Shown: positions 1 to 12,648, counted from the first letter of the stretch. The stretch is DNA of 64,000 bases from Thecamonas trahens ATCC 50062 (GCF_000142905.1 NW_013657675.1:310001-374000); one strand, 5' to 3'. Translations and numbers: made by a program. The notes: generated from the sequence alone by a model not told the origin.

Positions 1-3000
1 CGGGCCATCTCGGTCGCCGCATCGGGCGACATAGGCAGAGAGGGCAGGCCGGTGTCGAGTGGCGACGGCTCGTCGCCGCTGCGGAGGATCTGGACCACAG
101 AGTCGTCCAGCACCTCGTCCGGGGCGACAAACGAGAGGCCGTGCGTCGAGACCGACGACGTGATCTCCGAGACAATGTCAGCGGTGATAAAGACGGAGAG
201 CGTGGTCGGCGCAACCCGATACGGCTCACCGTAGTACAGGGTGGAGATCAACTTCTCGATGCGCACAATGCCGTCGCCGGTGAGCATACCGCCGGCTTTG
301 GCCACCTCACCGCGAGTAAAGACGACGGCGACCGGGCCGGCGGCCTCGACAACTACTGCAATCTGAGAGACGAAGGCGGTGATGCACTCTGGCGCTTGGG
401 CTGCGAGCGTCTGCGAGTCCAGGGCCCAGTCGATCTTGGCCATGCCGATTCGGCGAGCGAGCTTGTCCATACTGGTATGAAAGGCGGTAAAGGCCGTCTC
501 GGCCGACGACGGCGAGGCAAGCAGCATCTGGGTGGCATGGATGCAAACCACCTTGCACAGAACGAGATTGCCCGATGGCGCCTCGGCCGACGATGGGTAG
601 ACGACAGCCTGTGGCGAGTAGAGCTCAGCGAGCGAGACTGCCAGCGCATCAAAGGTTGGGCGATCCCCGGGCGACTGGCGCCAGAGCTGGGTGATGAGCG
701 GGACGAGCGGGGCGAGCCCAGGCAGGATCTTGTCCAGCGACGGCCGGCGGCCATCCATTACGTCGAGTGCCACCGCGAGCGGATTCTCACCTGGGAACAA
801 ATTCGAGCGCGTCGCCAGCTCGTACAGCGTGAGGCCGAGCGAGTAAGCGTCCGACGCGGACGACGTGCTCTCCGGGCCGGAGGAGAGGACTTCGGGCGCG
901 GTCCAGAATAGCGTGCCCACATTCTGCCGCGAACCATTGTGACCCGCTGCAGTGCCAAGCGACGAAAACGCCGACGAGGCAACCGAGGTAGCTGGATTGA
1001 TGGCGTTGCGGGACGAGGCCTTGGCCAGCTTTTCGTCCTTGGCCGTTTCGGTGGGGACGGAGGCCGCCGCCGCCTTGACCGACGACATGCCAAAGTCGGC
1101 AATCTTGGGCACCCAAGACGTGTCGAAGAGCACATTGAGCGACTTAAAGTCCGAGTGAATGACACCGGCGTGGGCGAGATATTGCATGCCCTGGGTCATG
1201 TTATGCGCCCACTTGAACATGATCGACGGGTCGAGGAAGAGGTCCGGCGCGTGGAGCACGTCGTAGAGCGTGCCACGGTCCATAAACTCGGTGACCAGCT
1301 GCGGCGGCTCGAGGGTGATGCCCATAAAAATGACAACGTTGGGATGCCGAAGCCGCATGAGCATGCTCGCCTCGTCCACAAACTCACGCAGCTGCCGCCC
1401 CGAGAGCTCGACGCACCGCGTCCGCTTGACTGCCACAGCGGTGGCCCGCCACGTTCCAGCGTACACGGTGCCAAACGAACCCTCGCCAACGGCAGAGCCG
1501 ATGACCAGCTCGTTGGCGTCGATTACCAGCTCCGAGTCGGAGCTGAGCTTGTAGGTCACCGACTTGCGCCGGTAAAAAAGCAGCCAGCGGCGACGCCGAC
1601 GAGGACGGCGACGGCAACAAGCGAGAGTACAACAGCAAGGATGAGTGCGGTGTTCGACGACTTGCTCGGCGCATCGAGTGCCATGATGTACGATGTCGTG
1701 GTCACATCCGAGTTGCCGAGGCCGGGCGCGATGGCAACCGCGCGCAGATCGATTGTGCCCGAGGTCGAGAGCATGATCGGCTCCGAGTACACGGGCGAGG
1801 CTCCGGTTGGGAGCGATCCATCCAGGGTGTAATGGATGGCGGCAGATGAGGTGAGCGTCTCGAGCGTGATGACAATCGGGTTGCGGAACGCGCCCGATGG
1901 CGGCGACGCGAGCGGCGCCGACGCTCGCTTCAGGACGGCGGCAACACGCAGCGCCTCGAGCTGCGGCAGCGCAGCGGTGATCGCGGCAGAGGCGACAGAG
2001 GCGTTCTGCGCCGTCACCACTTCGATCATGAGCTGCTGCCATTGGGTAATGATGTTGACAAAGCCAAAACCAGACATCGAGGTCCGGAGAACCGAGGCAC
2101 CGGCCGACGCGTACATGTTGTACCCGACACGGGTCCGGTTGGCCTCGATGGCGTCGGCAAGTGAGATGCGAAGCGGAAAGGCACCCGCAAGGCCGGCAAG
2201 GCCGGCACGCTGATAGCTTGAACTGCCCATGACCCGCAGCGCAGCCTTGGCCGACGCCACAAGCCGCGAGTTGATGGGCAAGCCGTAGACCACAATGCCG
2301 CCGATGGCAGCGTCGGTGGCCATGCCCGGCCCGGCACTCGCGCCCGGCCCATCGTAGTCAACAGGAAACGGAAAGGCGCCGAGATCGTCCTCGGGCAGTC
2401 CAAACAACACAGCGAGGGCGGCCACCGACTCAAAGCCGCAGAACATGGCAGCTTCGCCGGTTGCCAGCGCAGAGGCGTCGACAAGATTTGGCGGCTCCGC
2501 TCCTGGCTTGACGACAAACGCGCCGTCGCCAACAAGCGTCAGTAGGGCGTCAAAGGTGGCAGTGACGCGCGGATCGACAAACGTCATGTTTGACGAGGCA
2601 AATGAGGCGTAAGCCTCGTTGCCGTGCATGCGAATGAAGAGGTAGTCGAATATCGGCGACGGCGCCATGAAGCTGAGGTCGTTGCCGAGGCAGCCCTGGC
2701 CGGCAGCCTGGAGCTTGGCGCAGAGAGCCCGGAAGCCCGACCAGGTAGTTGGCAGATCGTCCGCAAAGATGCCATGGCTGGCAAAAAGGGCTTTGTTGTA
2801 CATGCAGAGGTTGGCCGAGCCGGCGATGGGCATGCCGTACTTGCGACCGTCGGCGCCGGTGCAAAAGGCCTCGGCAGCCGGAAGCGCATCGCCTGTCATG
2901 CCAACCTCGTCCCAAACATCGGTGAGGTCGACGTAGAGTCCGGCATCGATCGACTCGAGACGGCCGGGCCCATTGTAGAGATTCACCAGGTCGGGCGTGA

Positions 3001-3316
3001 GGAGCGAGGAGACCATGGTCTGATATACTTGTGGATCGGCCGGAAAGTTGATCCGGAACTCGGTGAGGAAGCTCTCGCCAGCACTTGCGTTTGCCACGCT
3101 GTTGTACTCGGAGATGAGGTAGCGTTGAAAACGGGTGAGGGCGGAGCCATCGGTGGTATCGAAAACAACACGCATGTCGGGCGCCTCAACTGACGCGACA
3201 GCCTTGCCGACCAACAAAGCAGTCACAACAAGGAGCACCAAAGTCCATGCCATAAGCTTCTGGTGTAGACTGCTTGTAGCCGTCATGCACGAGGCTACAG
3301 CCCGCTCTTTCGCCAT
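1..3316 (-). CDS. Receptor-like TKL protein kinase: signal peptide, sugar-type solute-binding ectodomain, CHB_HEX_C/Fn3-associated domain, TM helix, kinase, degenerate cyclase-like region. 3' end runs off the window; apparent 1-bp frameshift at 1574-1579
   Basis: ORF 1556..3628 has hydrophobic MAWTLVLLVVTALL, SBP motif YGMP...YNKALF...PTTW, IHYTLDGSLPT (CHB_HEX_C) and TM LILAVVLSLVAVAVLVGV. Adding one base to the A6 run at 1574-1579 continues into YRRKSV...GEGSFGTVY...VAVK...HSDFKSLN...DFG...GTLFWTAPE, open to position 1. Confidence 0.85.
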
Positions 3317-4516
3317 GGCCAATGTGGTTCGAGTTGAGTGATAACCACTCGGAAAGCCTTGGTGCGGTGGCACGACAACAGCGGGGAAATTGGCATTGCT
3401 TCCGGCCAGTGGCAACGCAACAGTGGCGAGTGGATGGAAGGAGTGCGAGGGGATCGGATGAGTGCAGAAGGAAGGCGAGTGCGTAAGGAGCTTGTATATG
3501 GCAAGGAAGAGGGGGGGGATAGGGAGGGGGGAGGAGGAGCCCAGAAAGTAGCAAGAAGCGTGGGGCAGAGGGTGCGCTGCCTGGTGGTGGGGAATATTGG
3601 GACATTGTGCGCATGCCGGCCACTCCATTGCAAACTCTTGTCACAGCTCCACCACCAACATGAGCGTGCGAGGCAAGTTTCGCCGCATCCACATCGTCAA
3701 ACAGCCTACAGCTGGGTACAACATCAGTGCGATGCCTCTTGAGGCAGGTCGAGCCATTTGGTGCGGTTGACATCTTCATCAAGGATCACTCCCTGGGCTA
3801 TCGTGTCGCATTCTGCCATCGTGACGGCTTCAACTCGAGAACTCGGCGGCACAGCATGGAAACTTGCGTAACGGGGCAATATCTGGCCGTCGCGTAGATG
3901 TGCTGTGCGCATGTGACCTACCGATAGCGAACAGCTTCCCTGATGTAGAACTACCCTGGCGAAGCCGCCTTCCGTGCACGTACCGTCGAGCCGGATGTCG
4001 TCGACGCTGCCCCTCCAATGCAAGCAACCATTACAGCCGTAGCCCAGACTGATGACGAGGCTACGACTCTACTGGCCGCCTAGGCGGTGGCGATCTAGTT
4101 GGGTCACCCATGATGGCGGCGAGGCTGTGGATGATGGCAATGACGATGACCATGGCTAGCTGAATGGTTGGTGACAGCTAAGCCACACACTCGTGGCGCA
4201 CACGAGACTTCCTCCGTCCGACGAACCCCGCCAGACTCAACTCTCACCTTTTTTCTCGAAGGGAACACCTCCGGCCGTTCTTTCCACGCGCCGCTTGCGT
4301 CCCCCTCCTTCACCTTTCCCACGCTCAACACCCACTCCATCTTCTTCGGAGTGTGCTTGTTGGCGTCCCCTGTGTTCTAACTCTTCCTCCCCCTCCCTCC
4401 TTTCGGTCCCGGTCTGTCTTCTGTGTCGCCTTGTGTGACCCCAGCCCGCCCGTACCCCCCCCCCCTCCCCCCCTTGGTCCGTCTTTCTGTTCCTGCATCC
4501 ATCGCCGACGTCAGCA

Positions 4517-5281
4517 ATGTCGCTTTCCGCTGCACCTCCGCTCGCCACGGCCTCGCTGGCCACAGGCATTGACTTGTTCAACAACTCCTCGCTTGAACTC
4601 CTCTCGCCGCGGCTCGGTGACGATTCTCTTCCGCCGCTCCCCGCCTTTGGCTTCGGCGACCATGCCGCCATGCCGCCGGCCGTCGGCGACGTGGCGCTGA
4701 ACGATTGGCTCGGCGACTGCACGCTCCCGACGCTTGACATGGACATTGCGCCGTCGCCCGAGGCTGACCCGCTTCCGTCGACAAGCGTTTACTCGCCGGC
4801 TAGCTCGTACTCGCCGGCCTCGCGCTCGGCGTCGTACTCGCCGGCGCCGCCGTCGCTCGAGTCGAGCCGCTCGCCGCAGGCAACCAACCGCCGCGTGGCC
4901 AAGCGCAAGCGGACGCCCAACGCCGACGACGAGCCGGTTGACCCGCACCTCCTCGCGCGAAAGGATGACGTGCCCGAGGAAGTTATCCAGCGCTTGCTCC
5001 AGGCAAAGCCGCGCGACCTCACCGAGGAGGAGAAGCGCATCCGCAAGCGGGCCAAGAACCGCCAGTCGGCCGCCGTCGCCCGCGAGAAGCGCCGTGCCAA
5101 GCAAATGGCCAAGGCCAATCAGCTCAACCAGTTCAAGGCCAAGAACGAGGCTCTCTCCAACGAGAACGACGCTCTCCGCGCCCGCATCGCCCTCCTCGAG
5201 GCCTTTTGCCGCGAGCGCATCGGCTCGCTCCCGGACGACGACGACGCCCGGCCGGCCAAGCGCCAGCGTGGTCTTGCCTAG
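4517..5281 (+). CDS. bZIP transcription factor
   Basis: Basic region KRIRKRAKNRQSAAVAREKRR followed by heptad zipper LNQFKAKNEALSNENDALRARIALLE. Confidence 0.9.
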   Translation: MSLSAAPPLATASLATGIDLFNNSSLELLSPRLGDDSLPPLPAFGFGDHAAMPPAVGDVALNDWLGDCTLPTLDMDIAPSPEADPLPSTSVYSPASSYSPASRSASYSPAPPSLESSRSPQATNRRVAKRKRTPNADDEPVDPHLLARKDDVPEEVIQRLLQAKPRDLTEEEKRIRKRAKNRQSAAVAREKRRAKQMAKANQLNQFKAKNEALSNENDALRARIALLEAFCRERIGSLPDDDDARPAKRQRGLA

Positions 5282-5467
5282 CTTCGCCTGCCTTTGCCTG
5301 CCCTGAGCAATGCAAGACCTCCCAGTAGTTAAAGCACAATTTTCCCAACTCGAGACGTAGCGTGCGGATGCTGCGCGATGAAGTAGCGGATTGCCCAGTC
5401 ACGCTCCTCGGAGAGTTTAGAGACCCTTGTTCCACATGCACAGTTCAGCCCCAGCTCAACCCCCTCT

Positions 5468-6255
5468 TCAATCAGTGGCGGCATCGACCTGCTCACTCTC
5501 AACAAGATCGTAGACAGCGTCGCACCGGATCATGTACTTGCGCCCGCCCTTGACCGGCGACGACTTGTGCAGCCGGCGATGCGGCATGATGACAACCCGC
5601 CCGGCAGCAGGCGGCACCGACGCCACAACCTCACACTCGGACGGATCGGCAAACTTGGAGCTTCGCGCCAGAAACTCCAGCTCGCCGCCGCGGTGGTCGC
5701 GAGCCCGATCGAGCAAGCCGCCGGCCGTCGAGAGGTAGAAAGGACCGAGAAGAACGACTGCCGCTGCGGCGACTCGACGTACGGGCCGTCGTAGTGGGAA
5801 GGAAAGTCTTGCCGAGTCGCATAGGTGATAAACTTGAGCCGTGGCGAGAGCCCACGCTTGGCCCACACCTGCCGGTCGCCGCCGGTCGTCGTCTCCACAG
5901 TCTCGGGCACCAGATCCGAGACAAACTCCCACATCACCGCCGCAGCCTCGGGCGACGAGAAGATGGTCCGCCGCCCGAGCTTGCGCTCCTCGGCCTCGGG
6001 ATCGTCGGCCCACCGCCGCCACATGACCGGGTGCGACGATGCCCGTTCGCCAAAGCCCTGCTCGATGAGCGCTGCACACTGTGCCGCCGTCAGCACGCCA
6101 TCGCTCACCGTCACGCCGTCGACTCCATCGACCGCCCGCGTTGTCACCCCCGTCGCGCCGTCTGCCGAGTCCTCACCCGCCCGTCCGGGCAGCTCGAGCT
6201 CGAGCTTGTCTTTGAGGATCTCGTCAGAAACCGCAAGTCCGGTGTACGATGCCAT
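5468..6255 (-). CDS. 2OG-Fe(II) oxygenase (prolyl-4-hydroxylase-like); 1-bp frameshift at ~5739-5741
   Basis: ORF 5530..6285 gives RLKFITY...FPSHYDG (HxD). ORF 5468..6079 gives YLS...GGELEF...GRVVIMPHRRLHKSSPVKGGRKYMIRCD (distal His, Lys/Arg). The two join by adding one base in AAA. Confidence 0.85.
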
Positions 6256-6380
6256 TACTAAGCAGTTGCTAGCACGGTCAAGCAAGAGGATTGGTTACGT
6301 TGTGGTGTTATTGAGACCGACGCTGGAGTTGTGGATCCGATGCGCGGTCGGCTTTTGAGGCCAAATGACACTCCCCATTT

Positions 6381-6405
6381 GGGGGGGGGGGGGGGGGGGG
6401 GGGGG
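6381..6405. repeat. Poly-G tract (25 nt), one of many G/C homopolymers in introns and intergenic DNA
   Basis: Seen directly; similar tracts at ~7042, 12688, 13102, 13305, 35399, 35487, 41069, 46059, 46799, 53596. Confidence 0.9.
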
Positions 6406-6421
6406 CGGCTCGGCGAATCCA

Positions 6422-9235
6422 TTACGACTCGGCCGACCGCTCCTTGGCAAACTGCTCTTGGAGCTCCTTCTGGGTCTGCCCATCCACGGGCCGGAACTCG
6501 AGAAGCTCCATCGAAAACTCGCCCTTGCCCTGGGTCGCCGACCGCAGATCGGTCGAGTAGCCAAAGATCTGGTTGAGCGGAACGTCGGCGACAAGGCGGA
6601 CGTAGCCGCCCATCGTCTCCGAGTTGGTCACCACGCCCTTGCGCTGCGCAAGCTGGCCGGCAACCGCGCCCTGGAACTCGGACGGCGCCTCGCACTCGAC
6701 CTTCATCACAGGCTCGCGGACAATCGGGTTGGCCTCGAGGAACGCTGTGCATCGAAAGGAGCAAGAAAAACAAGGCATGAGGAAAGGTGAGTAGCGGACA
6801 AAGGTGAGAATAGCTGGAAGGGGGGGCCGGGGGGGATGAGCTTGGCGCTCGGCCGCCGCAGGTGGTGACTTGTCTCAGATCGAGGAATTCAAATCGGAAT
6901 CTCATCATCGGGACCTTGCGCTTCGCGTGGCGGCAACAAACTCGCCACACACAAGGATCCACTACGAGATTTGGCAGTCATCACTGACAAGCCACCACCA
7001 CGGCCTACGGGCCGCCTAGGAATAGGGAATAGGGAAAGGAAAGGGGGGAGGGGGGGGGGGGGAGGCAATGGCATATACGTACCCTCCTGGAAAGCGGAGC
7101 GGGCGGCGATCTTGAACGCCATCTCGTTCGAGTCGACAGCATGGGCGAGACCGTCCTGGAGAACGACGCGGACGCCGACGATGGGATGGCCCGTCAGCGG
7201 ACCCTTCTCGACGGCTTCGCGGAAGCCCTTCTCAACAGCGGGAAGGAACTGCGGCGGAATGTTGTTGCCGACGGTGGCGTCCTCAAAGACAAAGGTCTCG
7301 CCATCAGCGACCTCCTCGTCGGTCAGCGGCTCGATGTAGCCGATGACGCGGCCAAACTGGCCCGAGCCACCCGACTGCTTCTTGTGGGTGTAGTTGAATG
7401 GAACCTTGGTCGTGGCACCCTCGTTGAACGAGACCCGCGGGCGGCCGGTCTCGGTCTCAACGCCGTACTCGCGCTTGAGGCGCTCGACATAGACCTCGAG
7501 GTGGAGCTCGCCCATGCCAGAGATCACGGTCTCCTTGGTCTTATCGTCGTACGAGACCCGCAGCGTCGGGTCCTCACGCTGGAAGCGGCCGAGGCCCTTG
7601 GAGAACTTAGCCGAGTTGGTCGACGACTTGGGCTTGATAGAAAGCGAAATGACCGGGTCCGGCACGTGCATCGAGGTCATGGAGAGCCACACGTCGCGCG
7701 ACGACGAGAACGTGTCGCCCGACGCGCAGTCGACGCCAAAGGTCGCGCAAATGTCGCCGGCGCCTGCCACCGTAATGTCCTCCATCGACGCCGCGTGCAT
7801 CCGCACCAGGCGGTTGACCTTGACCTTTTCGTCGCGCGAGACATTGAACACAAAGTCGCCCTTCTTGAGTGTACCCTGGTACACCCGCATGTACGTCAGC
7901 GTGCCGTGCGGCCCGTCTTCGAGCTTGAACGCCAGCGCAATGAGTGACTTGGACGCATCGGTAATGAGCTCGACCGAGGCCTCGTCGTTGCGCAGGTCGA
8001 GTGCCGTGTTGACCACGTCGAGCGGCGATGGAAGGTAGTCGACAACGGCGTCGAGCAGCGGCTGCACACCCTTGTTCTTAAATGCCGAGCCCATGAGGAC
8101 CGGCGTGAAGTTCATGGCAAGCGTCGACCGCCGGATGGCCGCCTTGATGTCCGCCACTGACGGCTCCTCGTCGTTGAGCACAATCTCCGCAATGTCGTCG
8201 TCGACATCCGCCAGCGCCTCGAGCAGCATGCCGCGCTTGAGGTGCGCGTCGTCGACAAGCTCCGACGGGAGGCCCGAGAGGTCCGACGAGTACACCGGCC
8301 GCGCGCCCTGGTCTTCCGCCGCAAACGTGATCGCCTCCATCGTCACCACATCAATCACGCCCTTGTGCTCGTCCTCCAGCCCAATCGGGACCTGGGTCGC
8401 AGCCGCGTTGAGCTGCACCTTGGACCGCAGCTGCTCGATGACCGTGTCCGGCTCGGCGCCTGCGCGGTCGAGCTTGTTGATAAACGTGATTCGCGGGACA
8501 GAGTACCGCCGCATCTGCTTGTCCACCGTCATCGTCTGCGACTGGACGCCCGACACGCCGCAGAGCAGCATGACCGCTCCGTCAAGCACGCGCAGCGCGC
8601 GCTCGACCTCGATTGTAAAGTCGACATGGCCAGGCGTGTCAATGATGTTGATGTGCGTGTCCTCCTCAGCATCACGCCGGCGCCACTGTGTGTACGTCGC
8701 CGCAGATGCAATCGTGATGCCCTTCTCACGCTCCAGGTCCATCGAGTCCATCGTCGCACCCTTGCCCGTCTTGCCGCGCACCTCGTGCATCTCACGGATC
8801 CGCCCGGTGTAGTACAGCACACGCTCGGTCACCGTCGACTTGCCGCAATCCACATGCGCCGCAATTCCGATGTTCCGCATCCGCCGCGGCTATTGTCCAT
8901 CGTCGTCGTTCAAAGACTCAAGCGTGAGTATGCTCCCCCTCCCCCTCCCGCCGACATGCTGCAAAATAATAAGCGCGTCATCGGATCCGCTCGTTTGATT
9001 TGTTGCCAGCCATCCACAGCCTCGCACCCCCCCCTCCCCGGCTCCCAGCCCTCGCCTACGCTCAATCGCACGTTCTCGCCAAGGTCGAGAAAAGTAGCCG
9101 GAACACGTGACGTACGTCGATAACACCGCCTGCTGTCGTCGACATGGCTGCCGCCCGGAAGACGGTGGCTGCCATTGACGGTGCAGTCTGTGTGGCGAGG
9201 ATGCAGCGGCCCACCAGCCCAGCTGCCCGCCACAT
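6422..9235 (-). CDS. GFM1: Mitochondrial elongation factor G1; exons 9116-9235, 7083-8889, 6422-6744
   Basis: [68 protein letters not shown] donors at 9115 and 7082 and AG acceptors join in frame. Exon 1 encodes an Arg/Ala/Ser/Thr-rich presequence. Confidence 0.95.
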
Positions 9236-9461
9236 TGTTTGAGTGATGAGAGAAATGTGGCCCAACGACGGCTCCTTTGCCTTCGGCAGCCAGCCATCGG
9301 CCGGCACAGCCGCAGTGGCTGAGCCAAAGTCAATCTATGAATCGCCTCTCCCCGCAATCGTTGCCATCAAGCGCACAAACACCATGGTCGCGGTGTTTAC
9401 CTCTGACCGCGCAAACTCGAACCAGATCGTCACACAGTCAACCGCGGGACCGATAACCGCC

Positions 9462-11621
9462 TCAGGCCCTCCATCGCGAGGTGTGCATAAAGTCATACTG
9501 GCGATACATCCGATGGAGGGTGGCGAGCTTGCGCGGGATCGGATGCGAGGTGAGGAGGAGCATGCGGATGTCGTCCTCAAAGCGAGAGCGCACCGAGGCT
9601 GGCAGCCGGCGGGCAAGGACCCAGAGCTTGTGGACGAGAATAACGAGCGCGCCGTGCTCAAGGAGCGAAAGCGACTCAGTCTCGGCCATGTTGTCGTTGA
9701 GCATGATCTCAACGCGGCGGACGGCGAGTCGCAGCTCGCGATGGAGGCTGCGGGTCGACGCTGACTGGGCTGAGGAGAAGACAAGGCCCGAGGTTGCGCG
9801 GAAGAGCCAGCCAAAGACGACGAGGGCCGGGATGGCAGCAATGAGCTGAAAGTTGAGCTCATTTGAGCGCATGATCTGGTCAAGGGCCGCCATGGCCCGG
9901 TCGACGTCGACCTTTTGCTTCTGGACCTGGATGAGGATGGTCCGCAGCATCGAGCCAAAGAGCAGGCCGGCAATCGGCTTGCGGATGCCGGTCTCGTACT
10001 CGCGCATGACGACAGTGATGTCACCGGCCTCGGCGGCGGCGAGAACGGCGTCAACATCGGCGTCGTTGCGGTGCTCGACCACAAAGTCGGCCACCATTCG
10101 CTTGAGCGACTCGGTGTCCGCCATGAGCGACTGCGCGGACATGAGGCCGACCTTGGATGCGTCGTAGCGGATCGTGGCGTAAATGTCGCGGAGAGGTTCG
10201 ACCACCCGCCGCTGGACAAAGACCACGCTCGTCTCCCACATGTCGACCATCGACGCTGCAATTGACGCCCGTCGCTGGAAGACCTGCCGGTAGAGGACAA
10301 AGGCGCCGACGGCGCCAACGAGGTAGTGCGGCCACCGCCGGAACCAGTGCGACGGGATCCGCAGCGGCTCGTGGAGCTCGTCGAGCACCAGCCCGCAGTG
10401 CGACGCCTCAGCGATGGCCCCCAGCAGTGGAAGGTACATCCGGACACGCTCCGCAGACGCCGCTGCGCCTGGTGCTACCAGCCGGTCGTCCGACGACGAC
10501 GACGCGCGCTTCAGCTGCTCGCTCTCTGCCACCGCCACCAGTGCCGTGAGATCATCCAGAAACTCGGCGTCGCACGCGTACCGCACCGCCGGCGGCGCCT
10601 CGAGTGCCGCAGATCGCACCCCGGCTGCCATGTCCAGCACGGTCACAAGGGTGAACCGCGTGAGGTCGTTGAGCACGGCTGCCGTCGGCGCCGCCGCGCA
10701 CACCCGCGAGATCGACGACACAAGCATGACGCACCGCCCCAGATGTGGCAGTAACGTGTCCTGCAGGCGTGCAATGCCGCTGAGTGTGTCGCGGACAGAG
10801 ACCTCAGTCGAGAACGCCACCTCGCCGGCCCGCCACCGCTGGAGAAACCCGATCGGCGAACGAATTCGGAGCGGCACCGCCCGCCCCAGCCACGCCACCA
10901 CGCCTTCACGCCGCCCGCGCCGCCCATGCCGCCCTTCGCCGCCGACATTGCCGCCGCTCTCGGCTCCGCCCGCGCCCGCGCCCGCGGCACCCGCCGCCTC
11001 ATCACCGGCTTCGCCGCGCAGCCGCGCCGCCACACCGCCAAAGATGCGGACTGGAAGCGACTGAAACCAGAATGACATGGGCGACATGGCCTGGGCTTGC
11101 CAGTAGCCCTCCTCCCGGAGCAGATCAACCGAGTGGTCGAGGATGGCCTGTGTGATGATGCCGAGCAAGACAAGCCCAGCCTTGACGTACAGCACCACCT
11201 CTGCCGTCCGCAGCGTTGTCATCCAGTTCACCGAGTTGCTCGCCGAGACCACATCACACGCCTCCTTGACCGCCCGAATGATCGAGGTGAGGCCCGTGAG
11301 CAAGTTGCACGAGTCCAGCGCCACCCACGCCCGCAGCATCACCACCGCCGTCTCAACCTCCTCGGCAGCTGCATCACCGGCAGGAGTGCCGACGCCAGCA
11401 GAACCACCCGGAGCCGAGGCCTCGCCAGCAGCATCAGTAGATCCTCCACCCGAAGCCAGAGCTTGGAGTGGCTCGAGCGGGAACGATGCGGCCAGAGCAG
11501 CATGGGCCTCTTTGACGGCCCGCAGCGAGGGAGGGAGCTTGGCGTGATGCGGCGGCATGGCCACAAAGCCACCGTCTGACCCATGGGCTTGCATGCTCGA
11601 CGTCGGCGGTGCAGCAGACAT
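9462..11621 (-). CDS. NCA2: NCA2/DGS1-family mitochondrial outer membrane protein
   Basis: LRTILIQVQKQKVDVDRAMAALDQIMRSNELNFQLIAAIPA matches the NCA2 domain core; two hydrophobic segments; start codon uncertain. Confidence 0.8.
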   Translation of the reverse strand: MSAAPPTSSMQAHGSDGGFVAMPPHHAKLPPSLRAVKEAHAALAASFPLEPLQALASGGGSTDAAGEASAPGGSAGVGTPAGDAAAEEVETAVVMLRAWVALDSCNLLTGLTSIIRAVKEACDVVSASNSVNWMTTLRTAEVVLYVKAGLVLLGIITQAILDHSVDLLREEGYWQAQAMSPMSFWFQSLPVRIFGGVAARLRGEAGDEAAGAAGAGAGGAESGGNVGGEGRHGRRGRREGVVAWLGRAVPLRIRSPIGFLQRWRAGEVAFSTEVSVRDTLSGIARLQDTLLPHLGRCVMLVSSISRVCAAAPTAAVLNDLTRFTLVTVLDMAAGVRSAALEAPPAVRYACDAEFLDDLTALVAVAESEQLKRASSSSDDRLVAPGAAASAERVRMYLPLLGAIAEASHCGLVLDELHEPLRIPSHWFRRWPHYLVGAVGAFVLYRQVFQRRASIAASMVDMWETSVVFVQRRVVEPLRDIYATIRYDASKVGLMSAQSLMADTESLKRMVADFVVEHRNDADVDAVLAAAEAGDITVVMREYETGIRKPIAGLLFGSMLRTILIQVQKQKVDVDRAMAALDQIMRSNELNFQLIAAIPALVVFGWLFRATSGLVFSSAQSASTRSLHRELRLAVRRVEIMLNDNMAETESLSLLEHGALVILVHKLWVLARRLPASVRSRFEDDIRMLLLTSHPIPRKLATLHRMYRQYDFMHTSRWRA

Positions 11622-12051
11622 CCGCACAGCGAATGGCAAGCACGCGCAGTCAAGTGGCCTACGTTCTCCTCGCTTGCCAACAGCAACCTCTGCCTCCGCC
11701 CTCCCCTTCAACTCACCTGCTCAATGCTGAGTTGCCTGACGCGTCGTCGACCGCCCTGCCACCACCGGACCGGCCGACCACTCCACACCTCTTGCCCCCG
11801 CGACAGATCAGATCGGCCAACCCGCTGATGCTGTGGCTATTGAGCACACAGGGCTAATCCAGGTGTATCCTCTCTTCCAACCCCACCCCAAGGCTGCAGA
11901 CCTGAGTCATCGTCTCGCCGGAGAGTACATAGCCTGGAGGTGGGGACGACTTGGTCGACGGCGGAGGAGCAAAGGTTTTTTCGTTTACCTCGATGAAAGG
12001 GTGTGGTGGGACGAGCCGAGCCGAGCCGGTGCAGATCGATCTGTCCTCGGC

Positions 12052-12648
12052 TCAAGAGGCCTTGGTCTTCTGAGAGGCCTCAAACTCGGCGCGAGCCTCC
12101 GCAGCGCGGGCGGTGGCGCGCTTGATAAAGCCCGGAGACGGCTCGTAGCCGAGGTGCATGATGATCTCGAGCATGACAAAGTACGGGGCCATGAGGAAGG
12201 CCTGCGCGAGGTTGTCGAGAAGAGCGGGTGCGCGGCCCTCAAAGATCTTGTGCGCGGCGATCTGAGCAACCCAGCAGCCGATGTGGATGCCTGCGGCAGC
12301 CTTGAGGACGAGCTCACCGGGATAGGTGGCGACGAGGTGGTTGGCAGCGGCGTTGCCTGCGACGACGAGGGCAGCCGCAAGGAAGCCGGCCTTATGATCG
12401 AGCACGATGTAGTACAGCACGTAGACAAGCGTGCCGACAAGGGCCCAGTTTGCACCAGCATACGGCGCGACTGCAGGCGGGAGTGCGGAATCGACGGCCT
12501 CGGCCACGGGCCCAGGCAGAGCAAGCAAGGCGAGCATGGCCTGGCCTGTCCACAGCAGCGGCCATACACAGATAATATGAACCGCAACATTGATGGTGTC
12601 CGAGTGGTAAGAGGCGTAAAAGGCAAAGTTCTTCTCCAGGTAGCTCAT
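12052..12648 (-). CDS. MPO1: Mpo1-like (DUF962) 2-hydroxy fatty acid dioxygenase
   Basis: FYASYHSDTINVAVHIICVWP...WVAQIAAHKIFEGRAPALLDNLAQAFLMAPYF. Confidence 0.9.
   Translation of the reverse strand: MSYLEKNFAFYASYHSDTINVAVHIICVWPLLWTGQAMLALLALPGPVAEAVDSALPPAVAPYAGANWALVGTLVYVLYYIVLDHKAGFLAAALVVAGNAAANHLVATYPGELVLKAAAGIHIGCWVAQIAAHKIFEGRAPALLDNLAQAFLMAPYFVMLEIIMHLGYEPSPGFIKRATARAAEARAEFEASQKTKAS

Noticed and set aside
3630-4500. Short ORFs in the spacer between the receptor kinase and bZIP genes
   Set aside because: No recognisable motifs or coding-like codon bias; treated as divergent promoter/UTR
5468-12648. 2OG oxygenase and Mpo1 as tailoring enzymes of the PKS cluster
   Set aside because: Separated from the PKS by housekeeping genes (EF-G, NCA2, E2, protease); no sequence evidence of linkage
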